Of a DNA stretch of 64,000 bases, positions 26,327 through 43,098 are shown in pieces (position 1 is the first letter of the stretch; every line of letters starts with the position of its first letter). The stretch is from Paraspadella gotoi (Eukaryota > Animalia > Chaetognatha), in NCBI GenBank assembly GCA_051294375.1, contig CM119263.1, forward strand, positions 31,070,949-31,134,948. Direction: 5' to 3'. The translations under genes were made by a program, and so were the position numbers. The notes below the pieces were generated by a model, which worked only from the letters and a program-made list of their open reading frames with translations, was not told where the DNA came from and did no database searches.

Positions 26327-27215
26327 ATGTCTGGCATCAAGAGCCTCGTGGCGCTGTCCTTCGCCGCCGCAGTCGGTCTCACTTTTCTCTTTCTCGCCTG
26401 CGCGTTGCACGAATACGGCACCTGGTGGCCGCTCTTTGTTCTCTTCTTTTATGTTCTCGCCCCCGTCCCTTGCATCTGCGTCCGACGCTTCGCCGAAGTC
26501 GATTCGGCCAGGTACGATGACAGAGGGTGATAGAAAGAATATGTAATTGAATGAATGAATGAATGAATGAATGAATTAATGGATGACGAAATAATTATCT
26601 TATTGGTATTAATTAATAAGGAAAAACTAGCTCTGTTTCATTCAGAGACGATCTATTTTTTAGAGGAATTGCCCTTGGAGAGTAAATTTCTTCTTATTAT
26701 AGTCACTAGTCAGAGAGATCTGCAAAGATAAATAATTCTTCAATCAAAGTATTTTGATTATTAATTAATGAAATGTCTATCTCAAAAATGTATTATTATC
26801 AAACATAAATATTAAATCGACAGAAAATCTTAAAAATAAACTTGTAACGCAACCGATTAACATTACAGAACATAATCAAAACACGATAATATGTTAATGA
26901 GATTGAGGAACTCAATAAAAAACGACTGAATAAAAGAACAAATGAATAAAAGAAAGAATGAAATGAGGAGATAAATAAATCGCTCCATCTCCCCCCCATC
27001 ATCTCTCCAGCAACGCTTTCGTCGAGACAAGCCTCTTCATCACGGCCGTCTTCGTCATCTCGGCCTTTGGTCTCCCCCTTGTCCTCGCCCACTCCAAGGT
27101 GATCGCGTTGGGCGCATGCGCACTCGTCATCACCGGAAATCTCGTCGTCTTTGCTACGATGGGCGCCGCCTTCTTTCTCTTCTCGCGCAACGACTTTGAC
27201 TATTCCAGTTGGTGA
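26327..27215 (+). CDS. LEPROT: Vps55/leptin receptor overlapping transcript family protein
   Basis: Exons 26327-26511, 27011-27215. [12 protein letters not shown]...[16 protein letters not shown]...[12 protein letters not shown]...DFDYSSW. Confidence 0.92.
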
Positions 27216-27664
27216 TTGGAATTCACAGGATTCACAGAGTAGTTCACTTTCTTAGTTTTTTCAATGTCCCAACGGAGATCTGCGGTATTCACCACTTCTT
27301 TTATATATTTTAATTTTCACTGTATGATTTCACCGTTTCGGTGAAATGGCACTTTATTCATCTTGCTTTTTTGTTTTGTAAATTATCACTGTTTTTTTTT
27401 TTTATTCTGTACTAAGAGAGGCGCTGTGATTTGAGTTAATTCGGTTATTACAGATTGTCCCACCCTCTTCTTTTAATTTTGAGCTCATCGAAAAAATATC
27501 CTTGGATATTATTTAAACATCGCTTTTTTGTCTTCTCATCTTTTAATCACATTTTCAATCTGTAGTCGATTCGAGCGAAATTTTACTCGAAAAAGTAAAG
27601 CGTTTTTAGAAAAAAGTGAATTCGCCACACCAATTCCGATTCGAACCCGCGAATTTTCGGGATC

Positions 27665-29896
27665 ATGTCATCTCGCGCTCTAAAGAAACTGTACGGAAAA
27701 TCCGAGCTCGAAACTCTCTCCTCTCAATTGGGAGAAGCCGACGAAGATGCCGACGAAGACGACAAAGCGTCTGCTTCTCTCGGAAAAAAGAAACAAAAGA
27801 AAAAGACGAAGAAAACGTTCAATTTTGCCGACGTCGGCGCCATCTTGACTCCGGCCGATGCCTCTTCCGACGCGGCCGACGAAAATCGGGGCTCCGACTC
27901 TGAGGCGGAGACGAAATCGTCGGCGCTCGTTCGCACTCAAGTCTCTGGAGGCGCGAGGAGAAAGAAGAAGAAGAAGAAAAAGAACAAATCGAAAGGCGAC
28001 GTAGAGGAATGCGATGACAACGATGATCAAGAAGACATCGACAAAGTCATCGAAGAAGTGTGCGGCACCGATGCTACGGATGCGGCGCGGCACCGCGACG
28101 TCGCCCGATCGATGGAATCGTTCGAGTCTCTTCTCGCCATCGAGCGGCGCCATCTCGATCCAGACAACGAGATGAAGAGAATCTTCGGTTCTAAAGTCGT
28201 CAGCGCCGAAAAAAGAGAGCAGCGGCGTCGCGGGCGTCGACCGGCGCCGTCTTTTGTCCGCCTGGTGGCAGTGCAGCCCACCTGGCCGCCAGTTCGAGGC
28301 TCCGGACTCTCCATGGAATCTTTATCCTCGACGTCGTCGGGAGTCGCTCATTTCGCCCTCCGTCACAACGCCTCCTATCGTAAAGTCCAGAACGAGTTTT
28401 GGGACGCCGTCGACTCGTTGCGTCCAGAAGCCGTGATGGAGCTCGTGCGACGTCATCCCTACCACGTTGACTCTTTGCTGCAATTGGCCGAGATCTGCCG
28501 CATCCAAGAGGATTCCGCGATGGCGGCCGAGTTGATCCAACGCTGCCTCTACGCCGTCGAATCCGCCTTTCACTCCTCCTTTTCTCTCACCTCGAGCAAG
28601 AGTCGCCTCTCTTATCGCCTGCGAGAAAATCGCGGCTTCTTTCTCGCCCTTTTCCATCACGTCTGGTACGTGAGCAAGAAAGGCTGCCACAGGACGGCGT
28701 TAGAGTTCTGCAAGTTGCTGCTCAGTCTGGATCCTGCGGAGGATCCACTGGCGACCCTGTTGATGATCGACTTCTTCGCTCTTCGATCGCGACAGCACGA
28801 GTTTCTCCTTCGCTTCTACGATGAGATGGAACCTTCGAGAAATCTCTCTCAACTTCCCAACTTCGCCTTCTCCACGGCATTGGCGAGATTTCGATCCGCG
28901 ACGTCGACGGAAGACTCGGACGCCGCCGACGCGGCTCTGCGGCGCGCGCTCCTCCGCTATCCCACCGTGCTGCATCGACTCCTCGACAAGTGCTCCGTCA
29001 ACCCCGACTCTCGCGTGGAGAAGCATCCCCACTTCTCCCTCGGCCAAGAGGCTTCTCTGCCCGCCCCCTTCAACCTTCTCGTCAATCTTTACGCGACTCG
29101 GTGCTTTCATTGCTGGAAGGATCCTGAGGCGCTCGAATGGTTGGAGCGAAACACCCGGACTGTAATGGACGAGATTGACGCGGGTGAGCACGCCGAGTCG
29201 GTCGCGGAGTTTCGCTTCAAAATCGCTACGCGCTATACCAAGACGCCGCGTAACGTGCAGCGTCACGTCGTGGTGGCTGACGTGAAAGAGGCGTTGTCGT
29301 GTTTGACCAATTCGCTTCAGTCAGAGTCGCTGACGACGACGGATCCCCTGCCGCCGCTGGAGGGAATTAATGCTTACGAGCGCCCGCCGCCGCAGGAGAC
29401 GCGGGGCAGCGGCAGCGGCCTTGGCGAGGGTGGACTCGTCTCTATGTTCCTTCGATCACTGATGCCTGGTTTCGATTTGCTCGTTCAGCCGGCGCCGGCT
29501 CAAGACGCGGCTCCCGACGCGCCTCAAAACCGGCGTTACGTTCAAGGCCTTCCGCCGGAAGAGTACGACGCCCAAGTCGCCGCCGCCATCGCCGAGGCGG
29601 ACGAGCTTCGCGATGCCGTGGCCGAGGGTGGCGCCGTCGGCGACGCCGACTTTCGCGGAGGAACTGAGCTGCGACTCGGCGTCAACACATTGCTCGACGC
29701 CTTGAGAGAATTGCTGACGAATCTGCAGCCAGGTGGCGCCAGCGCGGGCGTTGGCGTCGACGATGACGATTGGAGCGACGATCCTTTGGAAGATCGAGCG
29801 GCTCGTCAGAGGATGTCCGACGACGGCGATAGAAATGGAATCGTGGACGACGACGATGACGACGACAGCAGCAACGAGATGGAACAAGTGGAGTGA
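27665..29896 (+). CDS. TCF25: TCF25/Rqc1 ribosome quality control factor (single exon, 743 aa)
   Basis: MSSRALKKL start; HLDPDNEMKRIFGS, HPYHVDSLLQL, GCHRTALEFCKLLLSLDP, RNLSQLPNFAFS. Confidence 0.95.
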   Translation: MSSRALKKLYGKSELETLSSQLGEADEDADEDDKASASLGKKKQKKKTKKTFNFADVGAILTPADASSDAADENRGSDSEAETKSSALVRTQVSGGARRKKKKKKKNKSKGDVEECDDNDDQEDIDKVIEEVCGTDATDAARHRDVARSMESFESLLAIERRHLDPDNEMKRIFGSKVVSAEKREQRRRGRRPAPSFVRLVAVQPTWPPVRGSGLSMESLSSTSSGVAHFALRHNASYRKVQNEFWDAVDSLRPEAVMELVRRHPYHVDSLLQLAEICRIQEDSAMAAELIQRCLYAVESAFHSSFSLTSSKSRLSYRLRENRGFFLALFHHVWYVSKKGCHRTALEFCKLLLSLDPAEDPLATLLMIDFFALRSRQHEFLLRFYDEMEPSRNLSQLPNFAFSTALARFRSATSTEDSDAADAALRRALLRYPTVLHRLLDKCSVNPDSRVEKHPHFSLGQEASLPAPFNLLVNLYATRCFHCWKDPEALEWLERNTRTVMDEIDAGEHAESVAEFRFKIATRYTKTPRNVQRHVVVADVKEALSCLTNSLQSESLTTTDPLPPLEGINAYERPPPQETRGSGSGLGEGGLVSMFLRSLMPGFDLLVQPAPAQDAAPDAPQNRRYVQGLPPEEYDAQVAAAIAEADELRDAVAEGGAVGDADFRGGTELRLGVNTLLDALRELLTNLQPGGASAGVGVDDDDWSDDPLEDRAARQRMSDDGDRNGIVDDDDDDDSSNEMEQVE

Positions 29897-30261
29897 AGTT
29901 AGAAACTCCATCCTTTCAAGTTTTGATTTGATCTGAAATTTTCTCGGTTTGCAATGTCGGTTATGGTTATATAGAGGGTATATGTTTTCTGTGATTCAAT
30001 GTTTGTGCTGAGGAAAACATAATTAAGGCTTTTTTTTTTCTACATACTCTGACGATTTTTTTTTTCCAAGTTTGACAACTGAATTAATCTTTAGAATCCA
30101 CCCAGACTAAAATTTATTTATGAGTTTCATTTTAAAATCAGCTGTAATATGCTAGGACACGTTGCCTGGACATATTATTAAAATTGATTAAAATTTTTTT
30201 TTCCAATTACTAGGTAGTAATTTAGTATAAAAAAACAAAAAAACCTATAAAAAGAAAAAAA

Positions 30262-32525
30262 ATGCCGCCGAAAAAGTCGAGCGCTCCGTCGAAGAAAACG
30301 GAAGAAAAGAAAAAGGAAAAAATAATCGAGGTTTGGATTAAAACGATTTTTTTTTTAAATATTTAAAAATATAAAATACTTAATTCATTTTGATTCACCA
30401 GGACAAAACGTTCGGGCTGAAAAACAAAAAAGGCGCAAAGCAGCAAAAATTTGTGGCCCACGTTTCGCAACAAGTAAAGCATGGAGGAGGGAAAAGCGCC
30501 AAGGAGCTCGCCAAACAGGAAGAGGAGAAGATGAAGAAAAAGGAACAAGCAGGTCATTTCTTTCTTTTTTCCTTTTTTTTTCTTTTTTTTTCTTCTTTTT
30601 TTGGAATAAAATTCCAGAGAACCAATTTTGTTGAGGCAGGTGCAGATAAGAGGTGTAGACTCTCTATGCAAAGCCATACTATTATAAAACCATAATATTG
30701 TCAATTATTGACGTTAATTGTAGAGAATGGAATGAGCTTTGCCAATGGCCAATGGCCAGGGGCCCTCCATAAAAATTGGTGGAGTTTTCAAGATGTCACT
30801 CTGGATGATGAGATTGGAATTGACTTTCTCCTCTTCTCCTCTTCTTAGCCAAAGCGAAAGATGAGCTCAACGTTCTCTTCAAGCCGGTCCAGTCGGTCGG
30901 CAAAGGCGTCGACCCTAAATCCGTCGTCTGCCTCTTCTTCAAACAGGGACAGTGCACCAAGGGGGAAAAGTGCAAGTTCTCTCACGATTTGGCCGTCGCT
31001 AGGTCAGTTTAATAAAACCTTGATCTGAATAATTCATGAGACTCGATCGATTTATTAAAAAGACGACGATGACACTTTTAATAATTTACTACAATATGCA
31101 AATTATATTGCTCAAAATATTTCAATTAAAATCGAATTAACGATTGCAAATGGCATGTAATTCTGCGAGTGTAAGTTTTATTTGAACTATGTACCCACTC
31201 ATCATTCGTGAAGTCACATATTCCTTTATTATTATTATTGTTTATTATTATTTATTATTCTTAGGAAAAACAGTTTTTAATGGTCAACAACGATCGCTGA
31301 AGAAGACTCTTAATAAAGAGATGAAACTTGTCCGACTTATATCTAATAATAAAAATCGTTGTTGACCATTAAAAACTGTTTTTCCTAATTTATAAACACA
31401 ACGAAAAGAAAGAATCATAACAATATTTATTATTCAAAAATTTGGTTGATCCGTTCAGAAAAACGGAGAAGCGCAATGTGTACTCGGACGAACGGGAAGA
31501 GAAGGACAACATGGACGATTGGGACGAAGCTAAATTGGCCGAAGTCGTGCAGAAAAAACACGGAGAGAAAAACGGCCTCCTTCCAAAGAGTTCAATTATC
31601 TGCAAGTATTTCCTCGAAGCCGTTGAAGGCAACAAGTACGGATGGTTCTGGGACTGTCCGAATGGGAACGAAAAGTGTCAGTACAAGCATGCGCTTCCAC
31701 CTGGTGAGAAATTAGGGTTTGAGGGGGGGAAGGCGGCTGAGAGAGAGCGGGGAATTAGTAGTATTCATCTTTTTTTTTTGCCCACGCCCCCAAGGCTTCG
31801 TCCTCAAACGCGACCGGAAGAAGATGGAGGAGCAACGGGAGACCATCTCCTTGGAAGACCTCGTCGACAAAGAGCGAGCGGCGTTGGTGGGAACGGATCT
31901 GACCAAGATCACCCTCGACTCTTTCCTCAAATGGAAGAAGCGAAAATTGGAGGAGAAAAAGTCGAAAGCGAAAGCGGAAGCGAAGAAGAAAAAGGCGGAA
32001 GCGGAATCGGGAAACTTGAGCAAACTGACCGGACGCGATTTGTTCAACTTCAAACCGGATCTGGCCTTGGGCGACGACGACGACGCCGCCGATGATTTGG
32101 TTTACGAGAGAGAATCCGATGATGAGGAGGATGAAGATGAAGCGGGAGCGGAGGAGGGAAAGCCCAAAGTCAAGTCTTCCGTCAAGGAGATCGACATCGA
32201 AGAGTTGGCCGCAGCAGCCAGGGAAGTCGAGGCCGATAAGATCACCGTCGCTGGAGCGGCGGCGGCGACTGCAGGTGCTGGTGATCGTTTGGATCCCGCC
32301 CCGCGATTCGTCGCTTCGTCGAAAAAGGAAGACGATATCGGCGCTGCGGCGTCGGCGGCGGCGGAACTGGATCCGGCATCGCTCGGCGCCGTCGGCGGAT
32401 GCGACGCGACGCCGCTCCCGACGCCGGCCGATCTCAACGGCGTCCACGTGGACGAAGACCTTTTCGACGCCGACGATTTGGACGAAATCGACGAAGAGTT
32501 GGAGACGCTGGACATCGGATCGTGA
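30262..32525 (+). CDS. ZC3H15: CCCH zinc finger protein 15 (DFRP1/Tma46)
   Basis: Exons 30262-30330, 30402-30552, 30849-31002, 31459-31703, 31795-32525. [56 protein letters not shown]. Confidence 0.96.
31261..31423 (+). mobile_element. Penelope-like mini-insertion with a degenerate type I hammerhead ribozyme
   Basis: 34-bp inverted arms (31261-31294 and 31355-31388) surround CTGAAGA...GAAAC-TT-GTC; TATTTATTATTC direct repeat at 31249-31260 and 31424-31435. Confidence 0.65.
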
Positions 32526-33218
32526 CGAAGCGCGACGATGACGAAGGCCACGGAGCGTCGCGAGTGACGATGGAAAGATTTGGCGCGAAATGAAGAAAAG
32601 AGTAACAACAACAATGTGCCGAATTTTTTTTTCCATCGAAACTTGTACCATCCCAATTCAAATTATCGCCCTAATGACATTCATAGCGCCAATGATTTAA
32701 TACTATTAATATGAATAAGTTTTTTTTTTCGCTTTCGCCCGGTTTTTCCTACACTCGAACTAATACTTCTAAAGTCTAGTTAAAATGTCCGTAAATTTTA
32801 AGGCGTTGAATCTTTTTTCTTTTCATGTTAATTTTGCGGTTTTTTGAAAGAGAGAAGAGAAGCGTTGAATCGTTTTAATCTTCGGATGCCCCGATTCCCT
32901 GATTGCCTTTCCTCGAAAAAACTCTTGAAATTCCATCGTAGCTAAAAAGTTTCAACTGACTTTTGGATCGAAAGAAGCGAATCGCTTTTCAACACAATCT
33001 TAATTTTTTTTTAATCTAGAAAAAAAGGAGTCCGTTAATTGCGTTTAATATCGTATCGAATTAGGCTTGTTAATAAGAAAAATTATTTAATTTTTTTTCT
33101 TTAATTTTATTTATATGTTTGGTTCTTCTTTTTTTTCTATTGTGTTTGGGTTTTTTTCTGAAGTCTCCCGCTGGCCGGAACCTCGCATGCTCTTGACATC
33201 CTTAGCCCCGCGACTCGC

Positions 33219-36200
33219 ATGAGCGTGGGTCCGCTCATGCGCGGCCCTCTTCGGCGCGCCTTCGCTCACGCCTACCATCATGGAGACCCCAACACGAGGT
33301 TCCGCGACGCCGTCGCCACCGCAGCCGCCGCCGCGGCGTTTCCTTCTAGTCAAACCGCGTCGTGGACGCGCCCGCCGCTTCGCCGAGCGACGGCGGCGGC
33401 GGTGACGACTTCGTCTTCTTTCGAGACGGACAAATTGACGGGCGACGCCAACGCCAACACCAACGCCAAATCGTCGTTTTCGTTGCCGAGACTCGGCGCC
33501 ACGCCCAAATCACTCTACCAGGAGAGGATCTCCAGCGGAGAATTGAACAGCGACCCCAAACAGGTCAACGTCGTGGACAGACTCGACGCCCTACACAAAC
33601 AGTTGGGCTCCTACAGTTCGTTTCCGCCGGTCAGCGACGCCATGAACTCTTTGTTGAAGTGAGAATATTTTTTTTTGGGGGGGAGAGAGCGAGAGAGAGA
33701 GAGAAGACCTGAGGTTGCGCGTTGTTTTGTTTGTTTGTTATTCTAATTAAATTTAAATACGTAGACTTATATAAATGTTATAATGTCAACAAGTAAAGCA
33801 ACTCTAAAGATTAATCATAGCGCATTTTATATTAATTGACCTATTCTTCAACTTTCACCCAATTACTCCTCCTCCTCCTCCAGAATGATCGGCATGAAGA
33901 AAGAGCGCTCCGTCTCCACCGCCTTCCACGATCCATCCGTCCCTCGCGGCGTCTACATCTACGGATCCGTCGGTTGCGGGAAGACGATGCTGATGGACCT
34001 TTTCTACGCCACCTGCTCCAGAGTCTCCAAGAAGCAACGCGTCCACTTTCACTCCTTCATGATCAACGTACACAAGAAGGTGCATTCGTTGAAGAAGGAG
34101 ATAACTCCCCGGACGTCGCAGACGGGAGGGTTCGATCCCATCCCCGCCGTCGCCGCCGCCATCGCTAATAAATGCACATTGATCTGCTTCGACGAGTTTC
34201 AGGTTTTGGGCGGCTGAGTTTAAAGGGGCTTATTTTGGCTCAACACACCGCGGCTTGACTCGTTCTAGGTGACGGACATAGCGGACGCGATGATCCTCAA
34301 ACGTCTCTTCGGCGAGCTGTGGAAGCACGGGGTGGTGGTTGTGGCAACGTCGAACCGACACCCCCGCGATCTCTACAAGAACGGGCTGCAAAGATCAAAC
34401 TTCTTGCCCTTCATCGATCTCTTGCTTTCCCACTGCCAGGTTTGAGGCAACAAAGAAACTGACATTCTCATTTGTAAACATAAAAAAAATACGTGCCATA
34501 TTGATCTACCAATTAGGATATAAAGTATACGTTATGGCAAAAGTCGCGCTGCCTGTGATGCCCATTGGGATGGGGCATCTCACTGTTGGCTTTGGGGGCT
34601 TCCGATCCTCAGTGACGCCAACGCAGAGGGAAGTCGTTAGGACTGTGGATGGAACACAATGCCTGGGATGGTGTGTTCCCCCTCTGAGCTAATGGTATTG
34701 GCTGAACGGCGGTTGACGTGAGGTGGTGTAAGTATACCGCCACAGGATCCCCGGGCCAAGACATCACTCAGGTTCCTCAAGCCTGAGAGGTGTGTGACAA
34801 GACAGTTACCCGAGTGGTAGAGAGAGAGAGAGAGAGAGAGTGCGAGTTGTGGAGGCATAGGTGTTTGTCATAGCATACCCCAGGGGCATAGTCGTTTGTC
34901 ATACTTACCCGAAGTCGGCAGGGCATAGGCATTTGTCGTAGCATACCCTGAGAAGGTTGCGTGTTCGATTGTAGGGCTCACAACTTATGGCAACAGCCCG
35001 GTTGCCTGTGATACCCATTGGGATGGGGCATCTCACTGTTGGCTTTGGGGGCTTCCGACCCTCAGTGACGTCTCCAGTCACTGATGTGGTTACCCTTGGA
35101 CGGACTCGCTTTGCCAACGCAGAGGGAAGTTGTTAGGACTGTGGATGGAACACAACCCCTGGGATGGTGTGATCCCCCTGTGAGTCAATGGGATTGACTG
35201 AACGATGATGGACGTGAGGCGGTGTGAATATACCGCTACAACGTACTTATTCGTAGTATTTCATTTATTTGTAGCAGTAATTTTTTAATAATTACAACTG
35301 TTAATGTCCGATCCCCTAACAATTAAAGGTGGTGCACCTCAACTCAAACGTCGACTATCGCGTCCAATCCGGCGTCTCGGCCGGCAACACCTACTTCCTC
35401 ACTTCGGTTGGCAACGCCAACGCGCAGATGGACAAAACCTTCCGCGAGTTGTCTGCCAAGCAATACGACACGGTGGTCAAACCGGCCACCGTCCGAGTCA
35501 TGAATCGATCCCTCGTCTTTCCCAAAACCTGCGGGACTTTGCTTGACACGACATTTGCCGAATTGTGCATCAAGCCGTTGGGAGCCGTGGATTACTTGGC
35601 CATCGCTAAGGAATTCAGCGTCGTTTTCGTGCGAGGTCCGGTTCTTGGTTGAGTGGCAAAGGGAATGGCAATCAGTTGCATAGAGTAGAAAATGTGTGGC
35701 TAAGAGTGGCTAAGAGTTTCCAAAAAAGTGGCGAAAAAGAGCATGAGAGATTTGAGAAATGGTAAACAATATCTGAGATGTGTCAAATAGTAGCAAAGAA
35801 GTGGCAATTTTCTGCGTCCTTCAGTGCAAAGATCTCCTTACTTTTTCTCCCGCTCCCGTAGACATTCCTCGCATGACGCTGAAGGACAAGTCGGCAGCCC
35901 GGCGCTTCATCACCCTCGTTGACACCCTCTACGACGCCAAGATCCGCCTTGTCTGCAGCGCCGCCGATCACCCGGAGAAACTCTTCTCCAACGTAGGTGA
36001 CGACTCACTGCAGGTGAGGCTCTTAACACGGGGGAATTTGTGAAGTCGGTCGGTCTCGAGCCTGGTCATTGCTCTACGTCCAATAGTAGTTCTAGTTGTT
36101 TAATAACGTGAATTTTATGTTCAAAATTGTTCATTTATTTACAACAAGTTATTTATATTTGACTTTTTTATATTTAGGAACAAACTTCGTCCCGAATGCT

Positions 36201-37143
36201 GCGTGACGATCTCAAGTTGGGAAATCAGGTGAAGAAAAAAATATCGATTTTGTCGATTGAATGGAGGGGGTGGCGGGGAGGGGTGAGCCTGTAGGGGGTG
36301 GCGGGGAGGGGTGCGCCTGCTTTTAAGAACGCAATAGCTTTAACTTTTAACTCGCGAGCTCCCTTTTTCTTTCATCACTCTAATAACGACAACGGCGAAG
36401 ACTTTCCAGTTATATTCAATCGTTTATATGTCTATGTTTACGAACCATCGCTTTGTTAACAATTTTTGTCATCAAATACAACCCCACCCTCGAAAAGGGA
36501 AGTTATTCGGGCGAGGGACACGAAGAGGTTTTCGCCTGGAGTCGAACCGCGTCGCGGATGAAAGAAATGCAGACGACTTCATACTGGAGGGCTTCGGAAA
36601 TGCGGCGCCGCTGAAGGCGCCAATTGCTGCGGCGCTGATATGAAAAATGCCGCTGCTTCTAAGGCTGAATTAGCGACGGCGCTGACAAATTTTCGTTTCG
36701 GTCCGAAATCGAAATTCCGTCGTCCAGTCTGAGGATTTAATGAGATTTTCCTTCCCTTCTCTCGCTCACCTTCTCTTTTTCCCTCTCTCCTTCTATTCCC
36801 CCTCTCTCCATCTTCTCCCCTTTTCTTTTTCCCTCTCTCCTTCTATTCCCCCTCTCTCCATCTTCTCCCCTTTTCTTTTTCCCTCTCTCCTTCTATTCCC
36901 CCTCTCTCCATCTTCTCCCCTTTTCTTTTTCCCTCTCTCCTTCTATTCCCCCTCTCTCCATCTTCTTCCCTTTTACCCCCTCCCTCCTTCTTCATCCAGG
37001 ACGTTTCGGTGGCTGCGATCTTCACCGGAGAGGAGGAACTCTTCGCTTTCGATCGCACAATTTCCCGATTGGCTGAAATGCAGAGCGCGCACTACTGGAT
37101 GGAAACGGACGAGAAGAAAGAATACGAAGACGATGGCTTTTGA
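33219..37143 (+). CDS. AFG1L: AFG1-like mitochondrial ATPase (LACE1)
   Basis: Exons 33219-33658, 33884-34202, 34269-34439, 35329-35635, 35862-36013, 36178-36228, then 37000-37143 (canonical) or 36498-36614 (alternative). [61 protein letters not shown]; Arg-rich presequence. Confidence 0.95.
34533..35240 (-). mobile_element. TRIM-like non-autonomous LTR retroelement (708 bp)
   Basis: Direct repeats 34533-34744 (with a 43-bp deletion) and 34986-35240 flank a 241-bp non-coding interior; ACGT on both sides. Confidence 0.85.
36498..36614 (+). CDS. Alternative (duplicated) last coding exon of AFG1L
   Basis: AAG acceptor, phase 0; [38 protein letters not shown] is homologous to exon 37000-37143. 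Confidence 0.7.
   Translation, partial: GSYSGEGHEEVFAWSRTASRMKEMQTTSYWRASEMRRR
36771..36970. repeat. 50-bp pyrimidine-rich minisatellite, four copies
   Basis: Unit TTTTCTTTTTCCCTCTCTCCTTCTATTCCCCCTCTCTCCATCTTCTCCCC. Confidence 0.95.
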
Positions 37144-37702
37144 GCCGATAGGCCATTTTTTTAGATAGAAAGCAGATAGCGAAATGTTGACATTCTATAT
37201 CCGGGTCAATCACCAAAAAATAAACCCCTTTTTGTTATGGAATTGTATTTGTTAGTAATACGAGATTTACTACTCTTTTTTTTAAAGCGCATCCTTGTTT
37301 TTGGCAATGAACTATTTTTTTGCATTTGCAGTAGAGACTTTAAAAGGGTTTGTTCCGACGTTCGATATGATGTGATTTAATCAGGACTGCGGCAAAAGTG
37401 ATAAGCGACGAAATTGTTCCGACGGATTTTTTTACCGGAGTTACCCATTTGCCCCAATCACGGCGACCAATTTTCCACTCCTACCAGTACCCGTGTTTTT
37501 TTGTTTTTTTTATACATATTTTGCATTTTTAGGAGCTATAAAAAAGCTATTGTCAATAACACTGAAACCGTCCTTAGTCTTTCCGCGATGTTGTAACCAA
37601 AAAACTAGTGGCCGACCGACCGACCATCCGCCGTTTCTGTCTTCGTCCGCGATCCCCAAAGAACAACGACAACCACCGATACAACACCTCCAGCGATTCC
37701 AA

Positions 37703-43098
<5,396 letters not shown>

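Noticed and set aside
34852-34950. CRISPR-like spaced repeats inside the TRIM
   Set aside because: Three degenerate copies with irregular short spacing in a eukaryotic retroelement; no cas genes.
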